The notes under the pieces: generated by a model
The model's database searches: none
What the model saw: the letters and a program-made list of their open reading frames with translations, nothing else
What the model was told of the DNA's origin: nothing
Assembly: GCF_963921235.1 (NCBI RefSeq)
Contig: NC_086109.1
Location: 33,854,001-33,918,000 of the forward strand
Direction of reading: 5' to 3'
Source: Mobula hypostoma
Lineage: Eukaryota
DNA: 64,000 nucleotides
Translations under genes and position numbers: made by a program
Part shown: positions 1 through 12,184 of the stretch, in pieces
Layout: every line of letters starts with the position of its first letter
How positions within the stretch are numbered: position 1 is the first letter of the stretch

Positions 1-58
1 CAGTACTTTGAGTCTGCTGATCTGGATTTACAGCATCTACAGAAGCTCCCATGTCTCC
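1..58 (+). mobile_element. 3' end of a Penelope-like (hammerhead-associated) short repeat, cut by the window edge
   Basis: CTGGATTTACAGCATCTACAGAAG resembles the tail TTGAATTTCCAGCATCTGCAGATTT of the copies at 15862 and 22386. Confidence 0.45.
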
Positions 59-339
59 AGTTTCATTCTGTTCTTCTCTTGTGGGGGGAGGCGGGGAAGC
101 TCAGGAGTTAGTAAATGGGCTGATGGATTGGGATTGGTCAGGTGATCAGCAGCTAGGGGTTGAGAGGTGGACTAGGCCGGGAGGTCAGAGGTCAGACCAG
201 AGTTTGTGGGGTGAAGAATGAGGGCTAGGGTTTGGCCGGGCAGTAGTTCAGTAAGGGAGCATTTGCACGTCAGCTGGTTAAGGATGGGGATATTCTGCAG
301 GCCAGTAGTTTGGGCAATGGAGCTTGCCAGCTAGGTTGT

Positions 340-745
340 AAGTGGTCAGTAGTTAATAGAGATTGAGCTTGGGTGGAGTAGTAGATAATTAGTAGCGGAA
401 AGAGGGTTGGTGGATTGTTGGAAATTAGAGGATGCTGTTCAGGAGTTAGATGTAGCCAGGGAAAGCTGGGGTGGTCTGTAATTAAAAGAGGTGGGTAATT
501 TGAAGGAGCTGGGTGGTGTGTGGTTAGTAATTAAGAAGAGGGGTGTGGCTGGAGTGGTCTGTAATTAGGAAGGGTTGCTGGTGGGTGGGGTGGTCAGTAA
601 TTAGAAGGTGCTGAAGTGGGTAGAGTAGTCAGAAATAACAGCAGATTTGGGAGTGGCTGGAGTGGTCAGTTGTTAGGAAGGACTGTAGCTGAATGTTGTG
701 GTCAGTAAATTAGGATGGGACAGGAGTGGGTGGGGTGGTTGTAGC
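340..745 (+). repeat. Degenerate G-rich minisatellite, period about 36 bp
   Basis: Motif GTGGTC(A/T)GTAATTAG and variants recur at about 342, 471, 520, 554, 590, 625, 662, 698 and 735; spacing is 34-37 bp from 520 onward. Confidence 0.6.
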
Positions 746-1318
746 AGTCGTCTCTGTAAGTGGTGGGTTTTGGATGCCATCAGTAGATCATTGAGGAAAT
801 GCAAGGGAGTTAGTCTCTCTTGGATCCTGCTCTGGCTAGTTCACTTGAAGTAACAAAGGAAGTGACCTCACAGGTCTCTATGAATCAGGTCAGAGGAAAA
901 TATGGATATTGGGAGCTGGACCTGGGGAGTAATGGTTTGGCTGAAAATCCAAAAGTCACCTTGTTATTCTTCCCTTCATTTTTTTCCCATTATTTTAATT
1001 ATTTCCTATTTTAAAACAGAGTTTTATCAACCAAAATAAATTACATGTTGCTATCTTTAGATCTATAAATGAATCATAGAATGTCTAGAAATGGAACTAC
1101 AAGTGAATTCTGCTGCATAAAATTGATTAAATAGATTAGTTTTTTACATAAAATTGGAGGTACAGGAGCCTTACAGCTCACACTACCAGGTTCGGGAACA
1201 ATTATTATCCCTCGACCATCAAAATGACATTATCCTTTTCAAATGAACTATCACATGACCACAGATTTCACAATTAGAATGTATGTTCTTTTGGGGATCA
1301 CCCAAACACCATTATCAA

Positions 1319-3150
1319 AAGTTCAAAGTTCAAAGTAAGTTAACTAACAAAGTACATACGTTTAGGTCACCATATAGAACCCTATGATTCATAGTTTTGT
1401 GGGCATTCTCAATAAATCCATAGAATAATAACCATAACAGAATCAATGAAAGACTGCCCTAACTTAAGTGTTTAACCAGTGTGCAAAAGACAACAAACTG
1501 TGCAAATACAAGAAGAAAGAAATAATAATAATAATTAATAAATGAACAATAAATGTCAATAACATGATATGAAGAGTCCTTGAAAGTGAGACCATAGGTT
1601 GTGGGAATAGGGCAGGTGAATTTGAGTAAAGTTGAACCCTTTCGTTCGCGAGCCTGATGGTTGAGGGATAATAATTGTTCCCGAACCTGGTAGTGTGAGC
1701 TGTAAGGCTCCTGTACCTCCTTCCTGATGGTGTCAGCAGAAAGAGCATGTCCTGGGTGGTGGTGGTGGTGGGCGGTCCCTGTTGATGGATTCTGCTTTCC
1801 TACAACAGCATTTTGCGTAGGTGTGCTTAATGGTGGGGAATGCTTTACCCATGATGGACTGGACTGTGTCCACTACTTTTCATAGGATTTTCTATTCAAG
1901 GGTATTGGTGTTTCCATACCAGGCTGTGAAGCAGCCAGTCTATGTACTCTCTACTACACATCTATGGAAGTTTGTCAAACGTTTAAATACAGTATATTGC
2001 TGAATCTTCACAAACTCCTAAGGAAGTAGAGGAACTGCAGTGCTTTCTTTGTAATTGGACAGTTCCTCCAAAATAATAACTGTGAGGAATTTAAAGTTGC
2101 TGACCTTCTCCAGCACTGATCCTCTGATGAAAACTAACTCATGGACCTCTGGTTTTCTTCCCCTGAAGTCAATAATCAGCTCCTTGGTCTTGCTGACATT
2201 GAGCAAAATGTTGTAATGGCACAACTCAACCACAGTTTCAAACTCCCTCCTGTATGCTAATTCATCACCTCCTTTGGTTTAGCCTACAACTGTGGTGTCA
2301 TCAGCAAACTTGAATATGGCATTGGAGTTGTATTCAGCCACATGGTCATAAATGTAAATCGAGTAGAGAAGGGAGCAAAACACATACCATTGTGGTATAC
2401 TTGTGTATAATGGAGATCGTGGAGGAGATGTTGTTGCCAGTCTGAACTGACTGGGGTCTGCAAGTGAGGAAATTGAGCATCCAATTGCACAATGAGGTAT
2501 TGAGGCCAATGTCTTGGAGCTTATTGATTAGTTTTGAGAGGATGATGGTATTGAACCTCCAAGAGGACGTTGCTGATGAGGTTGGAGGCTTGTATCCCTT
2601 GGTGACCCAGAGAGCTATGCTGGCTAGAGTCAGGGTTTTATGTTTTGGTTCTTGATAGGGTCATCCATGCCAAACAGGTCAAAAGGTGGAGGCAAGAATA
2701 AAAGAGGTCCACTGGTCCTCCAAGTTCAGGAGTTCAACTCAGGGCTAACAAACCTGACCGGTAAAGCAAAACTGCTATGGAAAAACAATGAAGGATCCTT
2801 CTACATCTGGGTGCGAAGATATTCCTGAGTCTCCACCCAGGACTTCTATGACTGACAATAGTAAAACCCATGAAGAAGCTACTGACACGATGAAGGAAGC
2901 TCCGAACACCAACGGAGATAGAAGACCTTCATTGTTGCCTTAAACACAGCTGGGTATAAGTAAGTAAGTAAGATGGTATTGAATGCCAAGCTGCAGTTGA
3001 TAAATAGCATCCTGATGTATGCTTCTTTGCTGTCCAGGCATTCCAGGGTTGAATGAAGAGCCAATGAGATGGTATCTGCTGTGGACCAGTTGCTCAGATA
3101 GGCAAAATGGAGCGGATCCAAATCACTTCTCAGCATTTTAAACCCGATCA
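1319..3150 (-). mobile_element. Decayed 5'-truncated Rex1/Babar-type LINE (RT and 3' UTR), split by an insertion at 2556-2971
   Basis: Minus-strand peptides DLDPLHFAY..STADTISLALH..YIRMLFI..AFNTI, FKFADDTTVVG, LNVSKTKELIIDFR and LTPSGRRYRSL; (TTTGAAC)n tail at about 1319-1335. Confidence 0.85.
2556..2971 (+). mobile_element. Non-autonomous RTE-derived short element
   Basis: Perfect 12-bp TSD GATGGTATTGAA (2544-2555 / 2972-2983); (TAAG)n tail; RTE/Rex3-like 5' UTR motifs (GAGAGCTATGC..AGGGTCATCCATGCC..CAGGGCTAACAA); second copy at 36003-36340. Confidence 0.8.
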
Positions 3151-4474
3151 GCAACACTGGCTAAGTTCAGCTTCAGTACTTTCAAGAAACTGCAGCATCA
3201 TGTTACACAGCTTGGAAGTTTAGCTCATTTCAATCATCCTTAGGAAATGTTTATATCAGTTTTCATGTTTGAGTATCAAAGAATATCATAACCATCCAGG
3301 AAATTAACATAAACATAATTTGCAAAATGAAATGATATCAAATGCAATCTTTAAAACAGAACTTAATTTATTCCTTTTTTATCTGATTCTTGGACAGAGC
3401 TTAATGAAAGCAAAACGATGTTTTATTATCAAGTTGATAAATGAATCATTGGAAATCTAGAAATGCTATTATGACTGAATTATATTAATTGCACTGGTTA
3501 ATTTATTAAAGTCCCTGCTTTCCAGAATTGTGCATGCCCTTAATTATCAGTTAAGTGGCATTAAAGTCTCTTGTGACACAAATTGTGCATTTCAATAGGT
3601 GGTTTTTCATGATAAATTTCATTCAGGTGCAGAACTCTCAATGTACAGATTTCAGTAGAAAACAGAAATAATCAGTTTCCTTTCATTGTCCTTGGAATAA
3701 ATACTGATAAGAAACATTATACTCTTTTGTTTTTATTGTGTGTTGCCTGCATATGTACAAACAATCACTGAAAAAAATAGCAAGACTGTTGGTGATAAGT
3801 GTAGTTTCAAGCCACACCCCAGTGACATTCTCCCAGTATGATTCAGTCGATGTTATAATTAGAACTGAATTCAGTTTCAGGGGAACTTATTTACATAATA
3901 CTCTGTACTTATATCTTTTTAAGAAGTCGATTCTACTTTTATAAAGCTCCACGGAGAATAACAGGCTCATACGTTCCAACGCTAGAATCCAAAGCCAAAC
4001 ATTTAGTGATTCCAAGAAGCCTTAGGTTCCAGGAAACAGAACATTGTTTATGTTATTGACTACAGTTGGTGGAGGGAGATCCACACATTTGGAGTTGGCA
4101 ATGCTAAAAAAAACCTTTTCCTCTTTATAGCTGTCATATTCTTTGTACATGATTACCACCTACACTTTACTTGATTTGATCTGTTTTGTCACTTTTCTAT
4201 TTGTTTCTCTTCCAACACCTTCACTTTCTTTTCTGTTTCTCATCCAGCACTTCACAGTCTCGCTAATGTCTTCCTGGAAATCAACCCATATGAATTTTCT
4301 CTTTATATAGAGATAATGATTCTCTGTGTGAACTCAAGCTGATGGCAGCAAGGCTTTGAATAAATAAATGTCCTAAATGAATGGAAATATGAGTGAATTT
4401 CATTTCTAAATGACCACAATTAACCAGATGGTGACTAAAAGAATGATGACAGGAATCTGTAACGTTAATCACAG

Positions 4475-4700
4475 TCCTATAGATGCTGTCTGACCTGCTG
4501 GATATTACTGGAATTCTCTTTTATTTCAGACTTTGGAATAACAAGCTGAATGGTTTGGTCTTTGTAGGTACTGAGAGACTTTGGAAAACAAACTATATAA
4601 ACATTGGTTCAGGAAGAGGTAGAGTGCTGTGTAGACTTCTGGTTATCACAATATAGAAAGCATGCGATTACGCTGTGAAGAGTGTGATGGATATTTGCCT
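4475..4700 (+). mobile_element. Highly decayed Penelope-like tail fragment followed by a decayed CR1 RT fragment
   Basis: ATAGATGCTGTCTGACCTGCTG matches the Penelope-like repeat; CTATATAAACATTGGTT..TAGAGTGCTGTGTAGACTTCTGG resembles the CR1 LYKTLVRPHLEYCVQFW segment. Confidence 0.4.
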
Positions 4701-4806
4701 CCTGGGCCAGGGGTCTTCTGTTTGCTGACCTATTTTCTAAACACAGTAGCTGGCATTTGTAAGATCACAAAGAGCTGTAAGTAAACTTCCAGCTAATATT
4801 TGTTTT

Positions 4807-4906
4807 GCAACACAAACAAACTGCTGGAGAAACTCAGCAGGTCAGGCAGCATCTGTGGAAATCAAAAAACAATTGACGTTTCGGGCCGAGACCATTCTTC
4901 AGTCCT
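4807..4906 (-). mobile_element. Penelope-like short repeat with hammerhead core
   Basis: Minus strand reads CTGAAGA-ATGGTCTCGGCCC-GAAACGTC..AGATGCTGCCTGACCTGCTGAGTTTCTCCAGCA. Confidence 0.75.
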
Positions 4907-5390
4907 AAAATGGAGGTCAAGGCTGATGGGATAAACCCACTCTAAGTGTGCTGTGTGCATAATCAATCACTAAGAAAAGTGGGTGATTCTTCAGTGGTCC
5001 TAAACCTGAATGGAATTCATTCCAGAACATTTCTCCAACTGAATCTGGAACAAATCAGGAAATGTTGGCTCAGCTCTCACAGTTATCAACCAACATCCTT
5101 CCTAATCTAGGAATTTGTTGGACTCAATGTTTTGCATCAATGTCTCTTGATTTACCTTTACATTAACTGCAGAGGCAAGCCTGTCAGAGAAAAGTTTGGA
5201 AATATTTCTACACAAGCATAATTTGAACAAAGCAAAAAAAAAAATGCTTAGAAAATTTGCAATACATAGTTTCGTATAAATCAGTAGATGGTGAGAACAG
5301 CTAATAATAATCTTTTGCCTGTTCTTATCTTATAATTACTCAGAGAGAGGCTAGTTGGCCCAGCAGCTTCATGCTGACACTTAAAGATTG

Positions 5391-5485
5391 TCCTGCCAAA
5401 GAGTCTCACCCCGAAGTGTTGACTGTACTTTTTTTCCATAGATACTGCCTGGCCTGCTGAGTTCCTCCAGCTTTTTGTGTATGTT
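5391..5485 (+). mobile_element. Penelope-like short repeat with degenerate hammerhead
   Basis: TCCTGCCAAAGAGTCTCACCCCGAAGTGTTGACT..GATACTGCCTGGCCTGCTGAGTTCCTCCAGC; 12-bp TSD ACTTAAAGATTG / ACTTAAAAATTG (5379-5390 / 5486-5497). Confidence 0.75.
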
Positions 5486-5539
5486 ACTTAAAAATTGGCT
5501 GCATTCATCCCATCAATCCAACTCCCTATCTTATTCCCT

Positions 5540-5775
5540 TATATGTCTAAAGCTATTCTCACCCACACATTCCCATTACCTCCTCCTGGGTTCTTTTTGC
5601 CATTAACCGACACTATTGGGAACTTTAGAATGGCCACTGAATGAGAAAGGAAACCTGAGAACGTTGTGGAAGCCCACGCAGTTACAGAGAGGAAGTGTAA
5701 TCACTACACTGACATTGCAATTCAACCTCAGTCCTTTGTGTTGCAAAGCAACAGCACAAACTGCTGTGCCACTGA
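5540..5775 (-). mobile_element. Decayed tRNA-derived (HE1/V-SINE-like) SINE
   Basis: Minus strand starts CAGTGGCACAGCAG (A-box-like) and later has GGTTGAATTGC (B-box-like); weak similarity to the copy at 9546-9800. Confidence 0.4.
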
Positions 5776-5849
5776 ACAAAGCCCAAAGCTCAGGTAGGGG
5801 GGAGTGTGACTGCCAGTGTCAGAGCCCTACAGAAGTTGGGAGACAAAGC

Positions 5850-8800
5850 CGGTCTTTTTGGGCTGTGCAGGCACAGGACGAGTCAGTGTCAGAGACCTGA
5901 ACTCAGCTGCAAATAAAAGGAGGGTAGGCTCAAGTGGAGTGGCCATTGTTGGAGTGTGCCAGTGATAGAGTGTGAAAGCTCTGGCTTAACAGACTTTGGC
6001 AACAACAGGCAAAAGCACAGTTAAGAAGAGGGAACACTTTTTCTTTTTTAGTGCAGAGTAGTCTGAAAGGAAAGATCCTCCTGTCAGATGTGGGAATTCA
6101 GAATACCTGACTGTTTCCTTGATGACTACTTCTCCGGAAAGTGCACCCAACGTCAGTGCCTGACAGACTGGGTCAAAGAGTTGAAGCTGGAGTTGGATAC
6201 ACTTAAGATCATTTGGGAGAAGATATTACAGATGAGACTTTTGAAGAGGTGGCCACATCCAGAGTACAGGCTTCGGACAGCAGATGGGTGACCATGAGGA
6301 GATGTTAGGGGATTAAGAAGTCAGTAGAGGGTTCCTCTGTGGCTGTTCCCTTCTTTGGATACTGCTGGGGGGGGGGGGCAATGACCCATCACATCATGGT
6401 GGCACTGTGGTTGGCTCTGAGGATTTGCGGAGAAGAGTAAAGTTCCGCAATGGGGTAGTCATAGGGGACTCAATAGTTAGGGGGACAGAAAGGAGATTCT
6501 GTGGCTGCAAAAGAGACACCAAGATAGTGTGTTGCCTCACAGGTGCTTGGGTCCATGATGTTTTGGAGCAGTTCAAGGGGGAGGGGGACAGCCAGAAGTT
6601 GTGGTGCATATTGGCACCAATGCTATAGGCAGAGTGAGTATATAGAGTTAGGAAAGAGTCTGAAAAGAAGGACCTGCAAGATAGTAATCTCTGGATTACT
6701 CCCTTGGACACTGGCTAGCACAGGTAGGAATAGGGTGATAGCACAGATGAATAAGTGACTGATAAGATGGTGCATAGGACAGGGTTTCAAGTTCTCGGAT
6801 CATTGGAATTTATTCCTGGAAATGGAGTGACCTGTGCAAGGGGGATGGGTTGTACCTGAACCAGAGGGGGACCAATATCCTGGCCAGGATGTTTGCAGAT
6901 GCTACTTGGGGGAGCTTAAACTAGTTTTGCAAGGGCAGGGAACCTGAGCCCTAGGTCATCAAGGGAAAGGTTGCACCAGGAGATAGATGTAAGGGAAAGT
7001 ACTGAAATGCAAAATCAAAATTACAGGGATGATGGGTGAGATAGTTTGAAGTGTGTATATTTCAGTGCTAGGAGTATTGTGGGTAAGGGTAATGAACTTA
7101 GAGCATGGATCAGTACATAAAACTACAATGTTGTAGCCATTACTGAAACTTGGTTCAGAGAGGGGCAGGAATGGGTGATTAATGGACCTGACTTTGAAGA
7201 CTTAGAAAAGGTAGAGGAGGAGGTAACGGGTGCGGGGGGGGGGGAGTTGCACTACTAATCAGGGACAAATTCACAGGCATAATGTAGGGGCCAGACACAG
7301 AGTCCATTTGGGTAGAACTCAGGAATAAGAAGGATACAACCACACTGATGGGATTATACTACAGACCCTCAGTAGCCACTGGGGCATGGAGGAAGAGATA
7401 TGTAATCAGATTAAGGAAATGTGTTAAAATAATAAGATGGTTGTTATGGGGGATTTCAACTTCCCTGACACAAACTGGGACCTTCTTTGTGTAAGGGGTT
7501 TAGATGCAGCAGATTTCATTAAGTGTATCCAGGAAAGATTCCTAAATCAATATATGGGCAGTTCAACAAGAGTAGGGCCAGTACTGCACCTGGTGTAGGG
7601 TAATGAGCCTGGCCAGGTGACTGAGCTTTCACTGGGTAAGCAGTTAGGGAACAGTGACCACAGTCCTTAACTTTCAGGATAGCTATAGGTAGGGGTAGGC
7701 AGGGCCCTTGTGGGACAGTTTTAGATTAGAGTAGGGAACTAATGAGGGCATTAGGCAGGAACTCAGAAGTGTTAATTGGGAACACCTTTTCTCTGACAAG
7801 TCCACATCAGACATGTGGAGGGTGTTTAAGGATCAATTGCACCAAGTACAGAAAAGGTATGCTCCTGTTAGAAGGAAGGACAGGGTAAGAGAACCTTGGA
7901 GGTCCAGAGAGGAGGTGAATTTAATCAAGAAGAAAAAGGAAAAGTATGTAAAGCTTCGGATGTTAGGATCAACCGAAGCATATGAGGAGTATGAAGAAGC
8001 CAGAAAAGAGCTAAAGAAAGGCATTAGAAAAGCCAGGAGGTTCCATGAAAAGTTCTTGGCAAGTAGGATTAAGGCGAATCCTAAGGCAATTTATACGTAC
8101 ATCAAGAGCAAGGGGATAACTAGGGAGCCGGAGGGACTACACAAGGATAAAAGGGGGAACATTTGCTTGGATGTAGAGAATGTGGGTGAGGTACTGAATG
8201 AGTACTTTGTTTCAGTATTTACCAAGGAAAAGGCCATAGAGGACCAGGAGATCAGTGCTGAGTGTATAAATACGTTAAGGGATTTAGAGATCAATGAAGA
8301 GGAGATGCTGTGCCTCCTAATGAGTATTAGGGTTGATAAGTACTCAGGACCGGATGGGATTTACCCCAGGTTATTCAAGGAGGCAAGAGATAAGATCACT
8401 GGGCCATTGACCAGTATGTTTGTGTCCTCTCTAGCCACAGATGAGGTCCTGGAGGACTGGCAAGAGGCTAATGTCATTCCTCTATTTCAGAAGAGAACAA
8501 GGGATGATCCTAAGAACTGTAGGGTGAGTTTCACATGCGTTATGGGGGAATTGCTAGAGAGAAAATCTTAGGGATAGGATATATGAGCATTGGAAACCCA
8601 TGGCATAATTAGGGAGAGCCAGCATGACTTTTTGCATGGCAGGTCATACCTTACCAACTTGATCAAGCTTTTTGACAAGGTAATGAGAGAGATTAATGAG
8701 GGTAGGGCAGTGGATGTTGTCTACATGGGCTTTTATTAAGGTGATTGACAGGTCCCTCATGGAAGGCTAATCCAGAAGATTAAGATGCATGGGATCCATA

Positions 8801-9170
8801 GCAAATTGTTTGGGTAGTGGTTGAAGGACTTATTCAAGTTGGAGGTCTATAATTAGTGGTGTTCCACAGGGATTTGTGCTGGGGCCTCTGATCTGGATGA
8901 AAACGTAAATTGTAGGTTCAAGGGAGATGTGAAGGGTAAGTTTTTTTACTCAGAGTGGTGGATGCCTAGAATGCACTGCCTGGTATGGTGGTAGAGGCAA
9001 ATACATTTGAGGCTTTTAAGAGACATTTGGATAGGCACATGGATGTAAGGAAACTGGAGGGATATGGACATTATGTAGGCAGGAGAGATTAGTGTTTGGG
9101 TGTTTTGATTTGCTTTTTAGCTGGTTTGGCACATCATTGTGGACTCAATTACCTGTTGCTGTGCTGTACT
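5850..9170 (+). mobile_element. Near full-length decayed CR1 LINE: 5' UTR, ORF1 (Zn finger, coiled coil, SGNH esterase) and ORF2 (APE endonuclease and RT) with an internal deletion at about 8900
   Basis: ORF1 remnants MWEFR..GKC..ELKLELDTL, VIGDSIVRG and VISGLLP; ORF2 remnants MGDFNFP, GPDGIYPR and EDWQEANVIPLFQK; CR1 3' UTR ending TGTGCTGTACT; many stops and frameshifts. Confidence 0.9.
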
Positions 9171-9201
9171 AAGTATGCTCTAAGTATATTCTGAGGTAGA
9201 A

Positions 9202-9331
9202 CCAGAAAGCTGCAGATGTTGGAAATCCAGAGCAACGCACACAAAATGCTGGAGAGGCACGGCTGGTCAGGCAGCGTCTATGGAGGGGAATTAGCAGTTG
9301 ACATTTTGGGCTGAGACCCTTCATTGGGACT
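9202..9331 (-). mobile_element. Penelope-like short repeat with degenerate hammerhead
   Basis: Minus strand AGTCCCAATGAAGGGTCTCAGCCCAAAATGTCAACTG..GATTTCCAACATCTGCAG. Confidence 0.7.
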
Positions 9332-9545
9332 GAAATGCAAGGACTAAGCCATGCAAAGAACAATGAGAAGGGAAGAGATAGAGGAAATCTGGAGCTGCTT
9401 AGGGAGTAGTGTCAGAGGAGGTTCTATTCTGGAATTAAAATCGAAAACCCTGGAAATATTCAAAAGGTCAGAAAGCATATTTGGAAAGGGAGGCAGTTAC
9501 CATTTCAGGTTGGAGACACTTTGTTTTATTCTAGGATCAAACTAC

Positions 9546-9800
9546 TTATTTATTTATTTACTGAGATGCAGTGTGGAATAGGCCTTTCCAGCCCTTCAAG
9601 CTCTGCACCCAGCAATCCCCCGATTTAACCCCAGCCTGATCACGGGACAATTTACAATGACCAATTAACCTGGACTGTGGCAGGAAGCCCACACAGTCAC
9701 GGGGGGAGCATACAAACTCCTCACAGGCAGTGATGGGAATTGAACTTGGGTCGTCTGTACTGTAAAACATTGTGCTGACCACAATGCCATCATGCTGCCC
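9546..9800 (-). mobile_element. tRNA-derived SINE (HE1 / V-SINE-like)
   Basis: Minus strand has A box TGGCATTGTGG, B box AGTTCAATTCC, V-domain-like GGAGTTTGTATGCTCCCCCCGTG, GGTTAATTGGTCATTGTAAATTGTCCC and a (TAAA)n tail. Confidence 0.8.
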
Positions 9801-10029
9801 TCATAAGCTACAAAAAAAATCATGAATCAGGGCTGGAAGATTTAGTGTCTAACTACGTAGGTAATGCTAAAATATGGAACATATAAATTATTCTAAAGCT
9901 GCAAAGAAATTTGATAAGCTGGCAGAATCAGAAAGTAGAATTCAGTGTGTGTTGGAATATTTTGCTGCAAGTATTTGTTCAGTATGAACTGGTTGGGCTG
10001 AACGGCCTGTATCTACACAGTACGAATAG

Positions 10030-10920
10030 GAATCTGGCTTAATATCACTGACATATGTCATGAAATTTGTTGTTTTATGGAAGCAGTGCATTGCAATAAT
10101 AAAAAAAAGCTATAAATTACAATAATAAATATATATGTAGCCTCCTGGTAAGCCTCAGGCTCGCTCAACTCGCTTTTGTCTCGGGGGAGCAGCCTTCAGC
10201 CCTGCCAAACTGGGTAGTCAAGTTTGTGTGGATGCTGTGTGATGTACCCCACCACGCCAAATAACAGATAGTACACCATATGCGACTAAATGATTACACT
10301 TTATAACTCTTACTTTGACTATGTAAAGGAACAAAATAAGAACTGTTTATCTGTTTAAAAAAAGAGAAAAAGGCGCCATTATTATTAACCAGTTCATGCA
10401 CACATCATTGGAGCTCTTACAGAACCAGGTCCCCCTTCCTCCAGTCGATGTCCTCCAAACTCCGCCGACCCACGAATGGGACCACGCTCGGTGATCGACC
10501 AAACACTCTGCTCGAGTATGTCTGTGTTTCCTCTCCTCGCCGAAGACCCTGGGCCTCAGACTCCCGCTTGGGGTCCGTTCCATCGCCTAGCTTACAGCAT
10601 CGCGTCTCCTCTCTCTGTCCCCATCGCACCTTCTCCCCAAAGCCCGTGAAAACAATAGCGTACAGACATACAAGAAAGAATAACGTATATATATATATAT
10701 ATACATACATATATACACACACATATATAGTTAAATAAGTAGCGCAAAAAGAGAGGAAACAAAATAGTCAAGCTCCTGTAACACCTCCTTGATGGTAACA
10801 ATGAGAATAGAGAATAGAGCATGTCCTGGGTGATGGGTGTCCTTAATGGTAGATGCCGCCATTTGAAGCATCGCCTTCTGAAGATGTCCTCATTGCCAGA
10901 GAGGATAGTGCCCATGATGA
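10030..10920 (-). mobile_element. Rex1/Babar-type LINE 3' end, interrupted at 10136-10685
   Basis: Peptide LFSLLPSRRCYRSL near 10770-10830; 3' UTR AACAAATTTCATGACATATGTCAGTGATATTAAGCCAGATTC; the two halves flank a TA-rich tract. Confidence 0.65.
10136..10685. mobile_element. LTR-like (probably truncated solo-LTR) insertion in a (TA)n tract
   Basis: Begins TGTAG immediately after ATATA, is CpG-rich relative to its flanks, ends before (TA)n/(CATA) microsatellite 10686-10729, and interrupts a Rex 3' UTR; there is no canonical terminal CA. Confidence 0.45.
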
Positions 10921-11569
10921 CTCAATGATTCTAACCAGTAATTAAATATTGAACAAGCCGTGGTTGAATGATGTGAAATAACAGGATGTGGATTCATAAA
11001 AGAAACAAGGAATGGTAATATGGATAGTGGGTTCATTGGCAAGGTCCAGTAAGAGAGTAAGAGCAATATTGAACTTGAGACTGGAATTATTTCCATTGCA
11101 CTGTGCCCAACGTTGTGCATGATGAATATATAGTATCTACTGGCACAGAAAAAGTGAGAAATACTGAGCAAGTGCAGCTTCAACACTCTGCAAGAAGCAG
11201 CTGCTGACTAAATCTGTTATTGAAGGGAGAGGAAAGCTAGAGTTGGATAAGAGTGAGCAGACGGTTTTGCATCCTCCAAGAACTGCAGCAAGATTTGTTA
11301 ACCAGATGATAAGGTGAGCTTGAGAGTCTCACTGAAGCAGAAATCAGGGCACCAAAAACACATTATCTACTTCCCTAGTGTATCAAGAGTGATGGTTGTG
11401 GATAAGCCAATCAAGCCGAGGATCTGTCTACATTTATGTGGACTAAAGCACCAAGAGAGATAACACCATTAACTGCCAGGCCAGAACAGAGCAAAAGTGC
11501 TTAGTGTGAAGTATTTTAAATGGGAATTTGACCCTATCTTCTGGGAAATATCTCTGAAATTCTCTATCT

Positions 11570-11780
11570 TTCTCTGAAATTTTCTCCCCTGGGAGACCAG
11601 ATATTTGGGGTACTTAAAGAGAAAGTAGATAAATAATATTTAACTTCTAGGGAATTATGGTGAACTTGTGCAGAAGAGGACATGAAGCCAGGGGCAGATT
11701 AGTAGTGACGATATTCAATGGTGGTGCTGGCCTGAGGCATCTATTTTCCTATTCTCCTATGTTTTTGTAGTTCTTATGTC
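11570..11780 (+). mobile_element. Old CR1 3' fragment
   Basis: Degenerate match to the CR1 ORF2 C-terminus and 3' UTR (GGGCAGATTAG..TTCAATGGTGGTGCTGGCCTGAGG..CCTATGTT). Confidence 0.45.
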
Positions 11781-12184
11781 AGCAGCTGAGGCTGCTTTAT
11801 GAGGTCAGCTGTGCAACTGCTGGATCAGGCTGTCAGGATTTGCTGATATATGATCGTGTCAAATGATATTTTTGTCTAGAAATTGACCATGATAAAAAAA
11901 ATCCCTAAATGAACACATGTGGAGAGAAGCAGTTGTACAATATGCATGAAAATGAAGTTCAGGCTGAAAGGGAATGTCGTAAATGGATCATGTGGCCGTC
12001 ACTGAAAACTTAAGCCTGTTCTCCCAAAGGTGAAGGCAGTGATTGAAACATCAAATCTAATGTTTTTGGGATAGTACATTTCCCCGACAATTATTTAACC
12101 CAAAGTCTCCCCAGCTGAAATGTCTAAGCTGACAGGAAAATAGATTGGTGCTTCTGGGCATCAAGTGTTGGGTGAAAAGAACAC

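Noticed and set aside
4022..4103. Possible minus-strand terminal exon (IANSKCVDLPPPTVVNNINNVLFPGT*) after a T-rich AG
   Set aside because: Too short, with no recognisable homology; consistent with chance.
9700..9800. tRNA gene
   Set aside because: The A/B boxes belong to a SINE head followed by a V-domain-like body and a (TAAA)n tail; no full cloverleaf is evident.
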